DNA of 64,000 bases from Mobula birostris (Eukaryota), in assembly GCF_030028105.1 (NCBI RefSeq), contig NC_092379.1, forward strand, positions 108,614,408 to 108,678,407, read 5' to 3'. Below the pieces are notes generated by a model. It was not told the origin of the DNA. It did no database searches and saw only the letters and a list, made by a program, of their open reading frames with translations. The position numbers and the translations under genes are program-made. Positions 1 through 14,534 of the stretch are shown here, one piece after another. Within the stretch, counting starts at the first letter, position 1; each line of letters starts with the position of its first letter.

Positions 1-320
1 TTCATGTTACTATGCTTCCTAAATGAGATGTGAAATTTGTATTCAATGCAGAGGCCCATTTGGTAAAATGCAAGAAACAAGCGGTTCCTGAGAAAGTACC
101 TATGGAAATATCAACATTGAAATACCACAATCATTGAAACAGAATTATTTGCTTAAGCATTTGAACGGAATTCTGTAAAAGGAATTCAAGGTAAGCAAAG
201 GCAATAAATTCAGTTCTATCAGAAGGAAAATATATTGGAAACCTTCCTCTTGATTCATGCACTAGGGGGAACATCAGTATTTAATCAGCGACTCTTTGGC
301 AACAATGATCCTAAAATGTC

Positions 321-326
321 TTTATT
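321..326 (-). promoter_or_regulatory. Possible proximal polyadenylation signal AATAAA
   Basis: tttatt on the + strand, about 18 nt downstream of the stop codon; no clear downstream GU-rich element. Confidence 0.25.
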
Positions 327-343
327 TTTCCACAGGGTGTGTT

Positions 344-489
344 TCATTTAAGCTTCTTGCCCCCTAGTCGAGATCGAAGTATCAGGGAACCTGGGATCCA
401 TTCATTTGGGCTGGACATCATTTCTTGCCAGAGAGCCACCTCTTCTTCTGTTGAGTCCATCCATTCGACTGGAATTCCATAACTATATC
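344..489 (-). CDS. SYTL2: SYTL2-like last coding exon (C2B end and C-terminus)
   Basis: ttttacag|GA TAT AGT..., (G)[50 protein letters not shown] at 344-346; phase 1 entry. Confidence 0.95.
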
Positions 490-3400
490 CTGTAAAACAA
501 AATGAGTTGGAGAAAGTCTGCTCAACCCAGTGGATAGAGAAATCCACGAAAAAAGTCAACTCTTATTGCATTTACATGAATGTTAATCCCATGACCAGGA
601 TCACAGCAAGCTTTATCACGCAGAAGAATGTTCTTTGGTTGATGTCACCATGGCAATACTATGCAAGTTGTGAATAATATCCAATTCCAATATTCATATG
701 TGTCCTTCGCCCCATGATATGTCAAAAGATCATCAGGACGGATTCTCCAAGAATATTGAGAGAATTTCTCCTATAGTGTCTAATATTCTCTCTAATTCAA
801 ATCATTGCATACTTATGGATCAGATTAATATTTTTAAGCAAAGTTTAGATACCACTGGGAATATTCCTTTCAAGTAATCACAGTCCCAAAAGACCATTGC
901 CCATCATAATGCTACATTTGCCAATTTGTTGAACTGTGTTAATTTTCTAAACAGAATTTGTAGATCTAATATTTCATTCAGGAGCAAATTTATATAACTG
1001 AAAAGTTGTCCTGGAAAGGAGTAAAGGGAGAGCAAAAAAAAAGTGCAATTAATGTACCTCAAATTTTTAATGTAATTTTCTATTTTATTTTCTGCCACAC
1101 CATTATGAACCATTCAGGATCAGACAAATGGTGAAATGAGACTGGGTCTGCACTGTATCCATTATTTTGCTAACACATCTGTGCTTTACTGAAGGTTGCT
1201 CTTATTTCCAAGATGGAAAAACAGGTTGCCCAAAAAGGGCCACAAACCAATGTTAAATTAAGATATAATGACTTACGGAGACTCTTTCTGAAATGAGTAG
1301 CTTGTAGTTGGCTGATCAACAAAAGTGAAATTTATTTTAAAGTTGAAGCAATGGGATTATAATGTGGATTCGATCTGGGCTTTTGCTTTACCCATCTGCA
1401 GTTCTGGTAAATCAGCATTCCATGCATATACAACCCAGTCATGAAGGGAGTCTGCAAGGGTTATGCTATGATGTTGTCACTAGATGGCACCAAAGTACTA
1501 GATGGCGTTAAATAATAAAACACTGACATAAGTACTGTAATTCTGCGGTTGTTGGAAACCCAAAGCAACACACATAAAATGCTGAAGGAACTCAGCAGGT
1601 CAGGTAGCGTCCATGGAAAAGAGTAAACAGACAACGTTTCAGCCCAAGATCCTTCTTCATAATGAGAAAGGAAGGGGGAAGGTGGCAGAAGAAAGAAGTT
1701 GGGGGAGGGGGAGAAGGATAGCTGGAAGGTGATAGGTGAAGCCATGTGGGTAGGAAAGGTGAAGGGCTGGACAAAGAATCTAATAAGAGTGGAGTGTGGA
1801 CCATGTGAGAAAGGGAAGAAGGGGGTAGGTGAGAAGAGATAAGAGGCTAGAGTGGAGAATAGAACAAGGAGGAAGGGATTTTTTTTAAACTGGAAGGAGA
1901 AGTCAATGCTCATGCCATCAGTTTGGAGGCTACCCAGATGGAATATGAGATGGTGTTACTCCACCCTGAGAGTGGCCTCATCGTGGCTCAAGAGAAGGCC
2001 GTGGACCAACGTGTTGGAATGAGAATCGGAATTAAAATGGTTGGCCACCAAGAAATTCTACTTTTGCAAGTTGGAGGGGAGGTGCTTGACAAAGTAATCC
2101 CCCAATTTATGGCAGGTTTCACCAATGTATAGGAGGCTGCATCAGGAGCACTGGATATAATGGACGATCCCAACAGATTTGCAGGTGAAGTGTTGCCTCA
2201 CCCGGAAGGACTGTTTGGAGTGCTGAATGGAGGTAAGGAAGGGGGTGAATGGACAGATATAGCACTTTGGCTCCTTGCCGGGATAAGTGCCAGGAGGGAG
2301 ATTAGTAGAGAGGGATGGGGTCTGTTAAAAATGTCATTGGTGGTGGGATCCCTTTGGAGATGGCAGAGGCTGCAGAGAGTGATGTTGGATGCAGAGGTTC
2401 ATGGGATGGTAGGTGAGGACAAGAGAAACTCTCTCCCTGTAAAGCCAGTGGGAAAATTGGGTGAGCGTGAATGTCTGGGAAATGGAGGAGATGTGGGTCA
2501 GGGCAGCATCATCGGTGGAGGAAGGGAAACTCCTTAATTTGAAGAAGGCGGACATCTCTCATGTCCTGGAAAGGAAAGCCTCATCCTGGGAACAGAGGGG
2601 GTGGAGACAAAAGAACTGATAAAAGGGAATGTTTTTTTAACAGGTGACAGGGTAGGAAGAGAATAGTCAAGATAGCTGTGGGTGCCAGTAGGCTTAGAAA
2701 AGATGTTGGTGAACAGTTTGTCTTCAGAGATGGACAGAGAGAGATTGAGAAAAGAGGGGGAGATGTCAGAAGTGCACCAAATGAATTTAAGGGCAGGGCA
2801 GAAATCGGAAGTAAAGTTGATGAAGCTGACGAGCTCAGCAATGCAGTTGTCAATGTAGCGAAGGAATAGTTGGGGACCATTACCGGAGAAGGCTTGGGAC
2901 ATAAACAATTCTTTGTAGCCAATGAAAAGGCAGGCATCGCTGAGGCCCATGCAGGTGCCTTTGAGTCTGGAGACAGTGGGAAGAGCAGAAGGAGAAATTG
3001 TTGAGGATGAGGACCAGTTTTGCCAGACAGAGGAGAGCGGTGAGCTTTAAGGGCTTCTTGATGGGGAATAGAAGTGTAGAGGGACCGGACATCCATCTGA
3101 AAATGAGGCGGTCAGGGCCACGGAATTGGAAGTTGTCAAGGGAATCAAGAGCATGTGAAGTGTTGTAGATGTAGGTGAAAAGGGACTGAACCAAGGGGGA
3201 TAGAATGGAGTCAAGGTATGTGGACATCAGTGTGGCAGGAGCAGGCAGAAACAATGTTTACTTGGACAGTCAGGTTTGTGGATCTTGGGTAGGAGGTAGA
3301 GGTGAGCAGTGCAGGGTAAGGGAACTATGAGTATGGTGGCCCTGACGGGAGTTCTCCAGAGTTGCGATGGTGTCGGAGACAATTTTCTGACAGTCCAGAA

Positions 3401-6400
3401 TGGGCTCCTCTTCAAGGCGTGGGTAAGAGGGTATGTCTGAGAGTTGCTACCTGGCTTCAGCAAGGTAGAGGCCAGTTCAACCCCACCCCCCATTCTTCTT
3501 CAAGGAGCAGGTAAGAGGTGATGTCCAGGAGTTGCTGTCTGGTCTCGGCAAGGTAGAGGTCAATCCGCCAGACTGCAACAGCACCCCTGTTGAAACACTA
3601 ATGTCGTATTAAATCTCAACTCCATTAGATAATTAAAAGAAAGAACAGCAGGATGGCCAACACAAATACTTTTGTACAAAATGTGCAAGGCAAAACTGCA
3701 CTTTCCTTGTAAAGCAATTGGCAAAGAAAAACAATATAGATTTAAAACCAACAAATTCAAACAGTGTGCTGTCATGTTACAATGACAGGCACTGCACAGT
3801 CTCAGGGTAGGAGTGTGCTGCCGAGTACTCCGTTCTGTGCTGGAAGATGCCAGCCTCTCTGGACTTGGTCTGTGGGTATGTGTGTGTGGGTGGGAAGCCC
3901 GTCTCAAATAGGAGTGTGGTACAGCCGGGGAACAAAACAGAATTGCATACCAGTGCAGATGAATGGATGGTGAGAGGTAAAATGGCGATTGACTGGTGGG
4001 TATTGTTTGGGGGTCCATATTTACCTGTACCAAGGCCCAGCCGGAGTCCCCCCAGAAAATGATTGGTCAGCTTTTCATGGTCCCAGACTGTCAGTTCAAC
4101 ACAAACTTCCTTAAGATCCTCTGTTCTGAAACCATCATATACAATAGTATGGTTATAAACTGGATTGATGTCTTTTTTCACAATCCGGGTCTTCTGGTAG
4201 CTCTTCTTACTTGTGTCAGGGAGCACGTAGCTAGGGGAGACATAATTAAGGACATTAAACAAAAGGCGCAACTCAATCCGAAATTTGCAGACCAGAAACT
4301 CACGCTCTTTCTTATTTAACATAAAATAAGGGAGTAGGATAAAGCAATTATGTTTATCTAGGATTAAAGCTTGAAATAGGTTACAAAATATCAGGCTAAT
4401 CTGTTTGCAGAATTTAAGGTGGTAGTGTGAATGATATGGATATAACTGTTGGAAGTACCATTTCACAAATGAGTCTACTCCTGACGATCGCAGCTGTGGC
4501 AAGTCCCTGGCATTTTTCATCCAGATGTGCACCTCTCCAGTAGGGGGGTCCCCAGTGCCTTAATAAATGACATAAAAATGAAAATGAGTCTTTCATTACA
4601 AATTCTAAAATTGTTATATAGCCTGTGAATTAAAGCTACACGAGCAGGAAGTGAAGAAATATGGAGAAGTGTTCTTGGGCCCCTGTAGTTAATCAGACCA
4701 AAGTTCTCCTTGACTCACTGTAACAGGATTCTAGACAAAATTCATGTTCTCCAAGTTCACCAATACACATATATTGGCCCAAATCGGCTCTTCCTATGTC
4801 ATACATTTTCTATTATTCTACAGTTCAATCATTGTGCCACCAACCTACATCACACTGTTCACCAGAAAAGAAAACAGACCCCAGTAACAATGATCCTCGC
4901 CGTTTTCTCCAACCAGATGAGCAGAAACTTCTCAAGAACACGGTATCCAATTGAATTGGATTGGCTTTATTACTTACATCCTTCATATACATGAGGAGCA
5001 AAAATATTTACGCTACATCTCCATCTAAACGTGCAATGTGAAATTTATAGTAATTTGTAATAAATAGAATGTACAACAGGATAGTCAACATAGCACAGAA
5101 ATACAATTGTGTCAGCATGAATTAATCAGTCTGATGGCCTGATGGAAGAAGCTGTCCCGGAGCCTGTTGGTCCTGGCTTTTATGCTGTGGTACAGTTTCC
5201 GGATGGTAGCAACTGGAACAGTTTGAGGTTGCGGTGACTTGGGTCTCCATTGATACTTTGGGCCCTTTTTATGCACCTGTCTCTTTAAATTTCTTGGATA
5301 GTGGAAAGTTCACATCTACAGATGAGCTGGGCTGTCCGCATCACTCTCTGCAGAGTCCTGTGATTGAGGGAAGTACAGTTCCCATACCAGGCAGTGATAC
5401 AGCCAGGCAGGATGCTCTCAACTGAGCCTCTGTAGAAAGTCCTTAGGACTTGAGGACTCATGTCAAACTTCTTCAAAAGCACTGTTGTGCTTTTTTCACC
5501 ACACAACCAGTATGTACAGACCATATGAGATCCTCGGTGATGTGTATCCCGAGGAACGTAAAGCTGTTCACCGTCTCAACCCCAGCTGCATTGATGTCAA
5601 TGGGAGTTAGCCTGTCTCCATTCCTCCCGTAGTTCACAACCAGCTCCTTTGTTTTTGTGACATTGAGGGAGAGGTTGTTTTCTTGACACCACTGTGTCAG
5701 GGTGACTTCCTCTCCGTAGGCTGCCTCGTTATTATTTGAGATAAGGCCAATCCATATAGTACTGTCAGCAAATTTAATTAGCAGATTGGAGTTGTGTTAA
5801 TCCAATCGGTATTACTTACATTGGTGAATATCTCACGGCATTATTTGAGATAAGGCGAATCAGTGGAGTGTCATCAGCAAATTTAATTAAGAGATTAGAG
5901 ATGTATTACTCCATGGGTAATACTTACATCGTAAGATGTATTTCTGCATTATTTACCAGAAATATGGCTTTCCATATTTCATTACACCATAGAAGGAAGT
6001 AATTTGGCTCAATGAGTCTATGGTGCTTCCATTGCACCACAAGTTCTCTCTATAACTAATTCTCCCAACACTTCCTTCAGTTCAACTACCCACTCACATG
6101 CGAGGCAAGCTGCATAGTTATCACTTAAATCCAAATCCTTCCACTACTGCTACTCTGGAAAGACTTTCCCACACATTTTAAATCCGGTTGTGACAGGGCG
6201 ACAATTCCAGGCTATTTCTGATATCACCAGAGAAGCTTTGTGCAAGAACAACATTTCTAATTCTAACAAAAACTTCACAGGAAGATCTAGGTTGAATTTC
6301 CCACAGGGCTCTAAGAAATCCAGAAATGAGCATAAAATTGCTTTACTCCAAGTTAAACCTACAAAACTACACCATGTTTGTGCATCTTCAAAGCTGGTGA

Positions 6401-9400
6401 GTCAGTGAAGAACTATCAAGGGCCATGAGACCAATTTGTAGAAAAGGTGTACTCAGGGCAAAGTGAAATATTTTGTAGAAAATTGGGCTGAAACTTACAA
6501 ATGAAAATATATAATTTTATATTTAGCTATAATCTATAATATTATTAATATTACAGAGACTCCACATTCTCCAGCAGAAGAGGGAGGAAACAGATAATAA
6601 AGGGAGAGAGGATCAGCTACTAAACTAGACAAGAATAGGCTCCAAAGAACCGTCGGGGCTGCGGAAAGGATTATTGGTGTGAAGCTGCCCTCGATCCAGG
6701 ACTTATATGCATCTAGAGTCAGGAAGCGAGCAAGCAGCATCATTGTAGACCCATCACACCCTGGACATCACCTGTTCCAACATCTTCCTTCAAGTAGGCG
6801 CTTTAGATCACTGTATGCCAGGACAAATAGGTACAAGAACATTTTCTTTCCGTACGCCATCAGTCTTATGAACACTTGAATTTTAGTTTATTATAAACCA
6901 AGTCCACCTGCACGTACACAGGTATACTTCATTGTATATAGTTCACGATTATTTGCACTATTGTTTTGTTTGCTTTTTGATTCTGTACAGCGAGAGCTCA
7001 GGGAAACCGGCATCAAGTTCCCTGTATGTGTCCACGTACTTGGCGATAATAAAGGATTCTGATATAAAAAAAAGCTCTGCCCACCACACTCTCAAGTTGT
7101 AAAATAATACTGATAAATCAGTAACTATTGTTGCAAGAGAGATTTGAACTAAACAGGAAAGAGAAACATCAGGCATTGTGCTGGAAATATTTAGAGGCAA
7201 TTTTGAAGTAACATCAATGGTTACCTAAGGTGCCCACTGGGATGTATTTGATGGCAAGGTTTATTTCTCCTCTGTGGTCGACTCCAACTCCCACTGCAGG
7301 AATCTGCAAAAGAAAGTCAATAATTTATTAAAAGCGATTAGTTCAGTTGGGGACTTTCTCATTTGACAATCATTAGAAAAACTAGCATCTCACATAACAG
7401 ACACAGTGCTGGAGGAACACAGCAGGCCAGGCAGCATCTGAGGTAGAGTACAGTCAATGGTTTGGGCTGAGATCCACAGTAAGAGGGTTGGGGGAGGGAA
7501 GGAAGCAACAAGGTGAAACCTGGAGGGGAGAGGGGTGAAGTAAAGAGCTGGGGAGTCAATTGGTAAATGAGATACAGGGCTGGAGCAAGGGAAATCTGAT
7601 AGGAGAGGACAGAACACCATGGAAGAAAGAAAAAGGGGGGGGAGGAGCACCAGAGGGAGGTGATGGGCAGATAAGAAGACAAGGTGAGAGAGAGAATGGG
7701 GAATGGTGAAGGGGGATGGGCATTACTGGAAGTTCGGGAAATCGACATCCGTGCCATCAGGCTCCTCCAACCTGAGTGTAGCCTCAACACAACAGTAGAA
7801 GAGGTCATGGACTGATGTGTTGGAAAGGAAATGGGAAGTGGAAGTAAAATGGGTGGCCACTGGGAGATCCTGCTTTTTCTGGCAGACAGCATAGGTGCTC
7901 AGCAAAGCGGTCTCCCAATTTACGTTGGGACTCACCGATATACAGGAGGCCACATCAGGAGCACTGGATACAATAGATGACCTAGAGACTCACAGGTGAG
8001 GTGTTGCCTCAACTGGAAGGACTGTTTGACACCCTGAATAGTAGTGAGGGAAGAGGTGTAGGGACCCTGAATAGTAGTGAGGGAAGAGGTGTAGGGACAG
8101 GTGTAGCACTTGTTCTGCTGGCAAGGATAAGTGCCAAGAGGGAGATCTGAGGGGAAGTCTGATAGAATCCTTTCTCTGGAAAATGCAAAAGGATTTTAAC
8201 ATATTAAAAGATCATTTTAAAAGCTACGTTTTAAATATCGGCAGTTAATTAAAAGATTAAAGATTAAGATTAGGAAAAAGCACTACACTTTGCATTCTGT
8301 GCTGAGGTTGTGCAACATACACCAGGTAAGTGTACGTTCCTGGTCTTCTGCTGCTGTAGCCCATCCACTTCAAGGTTCAACATGATGTGTATTCAGAGAT
8401 GCATTTCTGCACATCACTGTTGTAATGCGTGGTTATTTGAGTTTTTGTGGCCTTCCTATCATCTTGAACCATTTTTGTCATTCTAAATGTATACTCTATA
8501 CTCTAGAGACTATGAAAATCCCAAGAGAACAGGAAGTTTAGAGATACTCAAACCATCCCATCTGGCACCAATAATCGTTCCATGATCAAAGTCACTTAGG
8601 TCACATTTCCCCCCATTCTGATGTTTGGTCTAAACAACTGAACCTCTTGACCATGTCTGCATGCTTTTATGCTGCCATATAATTGGCTGACTAGATATTT
8701 GCATTGATGAGCAGGTGTACGGGTATACCCAATAAAGTGGCCAAGTTTGGATTTTGAAAGACCTCTACAATTTTCAATCAGAGGAACATTATATCCTCAC
8801 AACCGCTGCTGGTGATAACTCACACTTCTCCTAAAATGCTGGCGGAGATAGGTAAACCATAGGTTTAGAGGCAGAAATAACATTTTATGTTACTTACCCT
8901 CGATTTTAGAAGATACCAGTTTAGCTCTCGATTACTCCAATCCCAACTGGCCAAGTCCAGATCCACCTCTCCCAGAAAACTATTCCGGCCCAGTGTGTCA
9001 TTATGCCAGACAGACAAATTAAGTCTCTGGATCAGGAGAACACTCTTCTCGATTCTATACTGTTAGTGGGAAAAAAAAACAATTGTATAAAAACCCAATT
9101 ATTCACCCAGTAGGTTGCTGATGTAGTAAATTAAAGCGTTTCATCTTCCTCAGTGAATTGTCCATTATGCATATCACTTAAGTGGATATGACTAGATAGC
9201 AGATTAACCAGATATTAATTCGAATGCTCTTCATAGAAGCTTGGAGACACTTGCCTAAAACACAGGGACAAAAGATTAATTTTGGAATGTTGGAGCATCC
9301 CAACATGTAAAATGCATTGTAAACTTTTTCCAAGGTGTTGCATTTGGCATCAAGATTCAGTTCTAGCTCAAATATTCCAAGTCAGCTGTTGTATGTAAAT

Positions 9401-12400
9401 GGATAGAGAAGCTTTCACCTTCTGCCTGGTAAACAGGCTCCGAGCATAAAATCATCTAATCAAATCTTATAGAACATAGAATAGTACAGCACAGTACAGG
9501 CCCTTCAGCCCACAATGTTGTGCTGACCCCCAAACCCTGCCTCCCATATAAGCCCCCACCTTAGATTCCTCCATATACCCATCTAGTAGTCTCTTAAACT
9601 TCACTAGTGTATCTGCCGCCACCACTGACTCAGGCAGTGCATTCCACACACCAACCACTCTCTGAGTGAAAAACCTTCCTCTAATATCCCCCTTGAACTT
9701 CTCACCCCTTACCTTAAAGCCAGGTCCTCTTGTATTGAGCAGTGGTGCCCTGGGGAAGAGGCGCTGGCTATCCACTCTATATATTCCTCTTATTATCTTG
9801 TACACCTCTATCATGTCTCCTCTCATCTTCCTTCTCTCCAAAGAGTAAAGCCCTAGCTCCCTTAATCTCTGATCATAATGCATACTCTCTAAACCAGGCA
9901 GCATCCTGGTAAATCTCCTCTGTACCCTTTCCAATGCTTCCACATCCTTCCTGTAGTGAGGTGACCAGAACTGGACACAGTACTCCAAGTGTGGCCTAAC
10001 CAGAGTTTTATAGAGCTGCATCATTACATCGCGACTCTTAAACTCTATCCCTTGACTTATGAAAGCTAACACCCCATAAGCTTTCTTAACTACCCTATCC
10101 ACCTGTGAGGCAACTTTCAGGGATCTATGGACATGTACCCCCAGATCCCTCTGCTCCTCCACACTACCAAGTATCCTGCCATTTACTTTGTACTCTGCCT
10201 TGGAGTTTGTCCTTCCAAAGTGTACCACCTCACACTTCTCCAGGTTGAACTCCATCTGCCACTTCTCAGCCCACTCCTGCATCCTATCAATGTCCCTCTG
10301 CAATCTTTGACAATCCTCTGCACTATCTACAACACCACCAACCTTTGTGTCGTCTGCAAATTTGCCAACCCACCCTTCTAACCCCACATCCAGGTCGTTA
10401 ATAAAAATCACAAAAAGTAGAGGTCCCAGAACAGATCCTTGTGGGACACCACTAGTCATAATCCTCCAATCTGAATGTACTCCCTCCACCACCACCCTCT
10501 GCCTTCTGCAGGCAAGCCAATTCTGAATCCACCTGGCCAAACTTCCCTGGATCCCATGCCTTCTGACTTGCTGAATAAGCCTACCGTGTGGAACCTTGTC
10601 AAATGCCTTACTAAAATCCATATATATCACATCCACTGCACTACCCTCATCTATATGCCTGGTCACCTCCTCAAAGAACTCTATCAGGCTTGTTAGACAC
10701 GATCTGCCCTTCACAAAGCCATGCTGACTGTCCCTGATCAGACCATGATTCTCTAAATGCCTATAGATCCTATCTCTAAGAATCTTTTCCAACAGCTTTC
10801 CCCACTACAGACGTAAGGCTCACTGGTCTATAATTACCCGGACTATCCCTTACTACCTTTTTTGACCAAGGGAACAACACTTGCCTCCTTCCAAACCTCC
10901 GGTACCATTCCCATGGACAACGAGGACATAAAGATCCTAGCCAGAGGCTCAGCAATCTCTTCTCTCGCCTCGTGGAGCAGCCTGGGGAATATTCCGTCAG
11001 GCCCCGGGGACTTATCTGTCCTAATGTATTTTAACAACTCCAACACCTCCTCTCCCTTAATATCAACATGCTCCAGAACATCAACCTCACTCATATTGTC
11101 CTCACCATCATCAAGTTCCCTCTCATTGGTGAATACCGAAGAGAAGTATTCACTGAGGACCTGCTCACTTCCACAGCCTCCAGGAACATCTTCCCACCTT
11201 TATCTCTGATCGGTCCCACCTTCACTCCTGTCATCCTTTTTTTCTTCACATAATTGAAGAATGCCTTGGGGTTTTCCTTTACCCTACTCGCCAAGGCCTT
11301 CTCATGCCCCCTTCTTGCTCTTCTCAGCCCCTTCTTAAGCTCCTTTCTTGCTTCCCTATATTCCTCAATAGACCCATCTGATCCTTGCTTCCTAAAGCTC
11401 ATGTATGCCGCCTTCTTTCACCTGACTAGATTTTCCACCTCACTTGTCACCCATGGTTCCTTCACCCTACCATTCTTTATCTTCCTCACCGGGACAAATT
11501 TATCCCTTACATCCCGCAAAAGATCTCTAAACATCGACCACATGTCCATAGCACATTTCTCTGCAAAAACATCATCCCAATTCACATCTGCAAGTTCTAG
11601 CCTTATAGCCTCATAATTTGGCTTTCCCCAATTAAAAATTTTCCTGTCCTCTCTGATTCTATCCTTTTCCATGATAATTATAAAGGCCAGGGAGCGGTGG
11701 TCACTGTCCCCCAGATGCTCACCCACTGAGAGATCTGTGACCTGACCCGGTTCATTACCTAGTACTAGATCTAGTATGGCATTCCCCCTGGTCGGCCTGT
11801 CCACATACTGTGACAGGAATCCATCCTGGACACACTTAACAAATTCTGCCCCATCTAAAGCCTTGGAACTAATTAGGTGCCAATCAATATTAGGGAAGTT
11901 AAAGTCACCCATGATAACAACCCTGTTATTTTTGCACCTTTTCAAAATCTGCCTCCCAATCTGCTCCTCTGTATCTCTGCTGCTACCAGGGGGCCTATAG
12001 AATACCCCCAGTAGAGTAACTGCTCCCTTCCTGTTCCTGACTTCCACCCATATTGACTCAAAAGAGGATCCTGCTACATTACCCACCCTTTCTGTAGCTG
12101 TAATAGTATCCCTGACCAGTAATGCCACCCCTCCTCCCCTTTTTCCACCCTCTCTATCCCTTTTAAAGCACTGAAATCCAGGAATATTGAGAATGCATTC
12201 CTGCCCTGGTGCCACCAAGTCTCTGTAATGGCCACTACATCATAATTCCATGTATGTATCCAAGCTCTCAGTTCATCACCTTTGTTCCTGATGCTTCTTG
12301 CATTGAGGTACACACACTTCAGCCCTTCTACCTTACTGTCTTTACACCGTTTATTCTGCTCTTTCCTCAAAGCCTCTCTGTATGTTAGATCTGGCTTTAC

Positions 12401-14500
12401 TCCATGCACTTCTTTCACTGCTCTATCGCTCTGGGTCCCATCCCCCTCGCAAATTAGTTTAAACCCTCCTGAACCATGCTAGCAAACCTACCTGCAAAAA
12501 TATTGCTCCCCCTCGAGTTCAGGTGCAACCCATCCAATCTGTACAGGTCCCACCTTCCCCAGAAGAGATCCCAATGATCTAAAAATCTAAAACCCCGCTC
12601 CCTGCACCAACTCCTCAGCCACGCATTCAGCTGCCATCTCCTCCAATTCTTACCATCTCTGTCACGTAGCACTGGCAGCAATCCTGAGAACGTCACCCTT
12701 GAGGTCCTGTTCTTCAGCCTTCTGCCTAGTTCCCGAAACTCACACTTCAGGACCTCATCCCTCTTCCTGCCTATGTCGTTGGTCCCAACATGTATCACGA
12801 CTTCTGGTTGCTTTTCCTCTCGTACCAGGATGTCGTGTACCCGGTCAGAGACATCCCAGACCCTGGCACCCAGGAGGCAACAAACCATGTGGGTGTCCTT
12901 CTCACGTCCACAAAATCTCCCGTCTGCTCCCCTGACTACAGAGTCTGCAATGACGACAGCTCTCCTCTTCTCCGTCCCACCCTTCTGCACCACAGGGTCA
13001 GACTCAATGCCGGAGGCCCTGCCACCGTGGCTTACACCTGATCAGTCGTCCCCGCCAACAGTATCCAGGACAGTAAACTTATTATTCAGGTGAATGTCTA
13101 CAGGGGTGCTCTGCACTACCTGTCTGCTCACCTTCGCTTTCCCCCCTCTGACTGTCACCTAACGACCTGCTTCCGACAGCCTAGGTGTGACTACCTCCCT
13201 GTAGCTCTCATCTATGTCTGCCTCATTCTCCCTTATGAGTCGAAGGTCATCCAGCTGCTGCTCCAGATTCCTTACATGGTCTTCCAGATCGCCCAGCCGT
13301 ATGCACTTCTGGCAGATGTGACTCTGCGGGAGAGGGGAGTTCCCCCAAGGCTGCCACTTCTCACATGAGAGGCACATCACCGTCTCAGGAGACATTGTAA
13401 AAACTAACTGTGAGCTAGCTTGTCCTCCGCCTCTTCGAGTCAAAGCCTCAAAGCTCTATTCCTTCACTGGCCCACTCACGCTCTGGCTGCTTTGCTTGAG
13501 CTACCCCTCTATTTATCTATTTGAGCTTTTCAAAATGTTTGGTCTCCTGACCTCGACTGCCCAATCAGCTGCTTTCTGCTGAGTCTGAGCTATTCAAATC
13601 TTGATTGTCTAATCAACAGCTTTCTGCTGATCTATTCAAATCTTGATTGACTTGATTGCACAGACCAACTGCCAAAACTGCCAGAATCTCTCGAGTCAAA
13701 GCCTCAAAGCTCCACTCCTTCACTGGCCCACTCACGCTCTGGCCACTTTCTGAGTTAAATTACAATTTCATCTAATCTGAAGGAAATATCACTATACTAT
13801 TGGTGGAATAGGAATGACCACACCAATGGCATATGAAGAATTTGAGATCAAGAATTAACATCTATTGGCAGGAGGGCAAATTAAATTAAATATGTTAAAT
13901 GTAATTGGTAAATCTTATCAGAATGCGGATAACCTCCTCTAAAACCCAACTATCTCATCCAACAAACTCTGATGAAGGGTTTCAGCCCAAAATGTTGACT
14001 CTTTGTTCCTCCTCTCTGTAGATGCTGCCTGACTAGCTGAGTTCCTCCAGCATTTTGAGTGCTCAGGTGCCATCATACCTTCAGTATTTCATTGTAGATT
14101 GGATTAGTGTTTCTCTTCTTGACAGAGGTTTTCCTCTTGCCCATGCGTGCCTTATCTGGAAGCAAGTAGGTCTTTACATACCTGTAATGAGTCAAAACAA
14201 CACTTCTCAACTCTGCAATTTACAATAAAGTACAGCATTTTTAAATGTTTTGAATGATATCAATTATTTCACATCTGCTTCTTTCACTACCCCAGCAGTC
14301 TGTTCTAGGCACCTACCTCTCTGTGTAAAAATAAACTTACCCTGTACATCTTCTTTAATATTTCCATGCTCACATTAAATGCATTTTTCACTGTTTCATA
14401 TTAGGTAATCACAGTGAAATGAAACATATCCAGTCTACATGTGGCCTCAATGTGTGTCCTCCTTAAGGGATATATGCACGTATGCATATATTTAAACACA

Positions 14501-14534
<34 letters not shown>

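Noticed and set aside
3777-4532. 251-aa ORF as a single-exon protein
   Set aside because: It reads through a stop-free 228-nt intron (4231-4458) and past a donor; homology is limited to the two GT-AG exons.
8031-8096. 33-bp direct repeat as a CRISPR-like or regulatory array
   Set aside because: Only two adjacent copies with no spacer, inside a Penelope fragment; a simple local duplication.
9452-13777. tcatctaatc on both sides of the full-length CR1 as its TSD
   Set aside because: Neither copy abuts the apparent element end, so it cannot be called a TSD with confidence.
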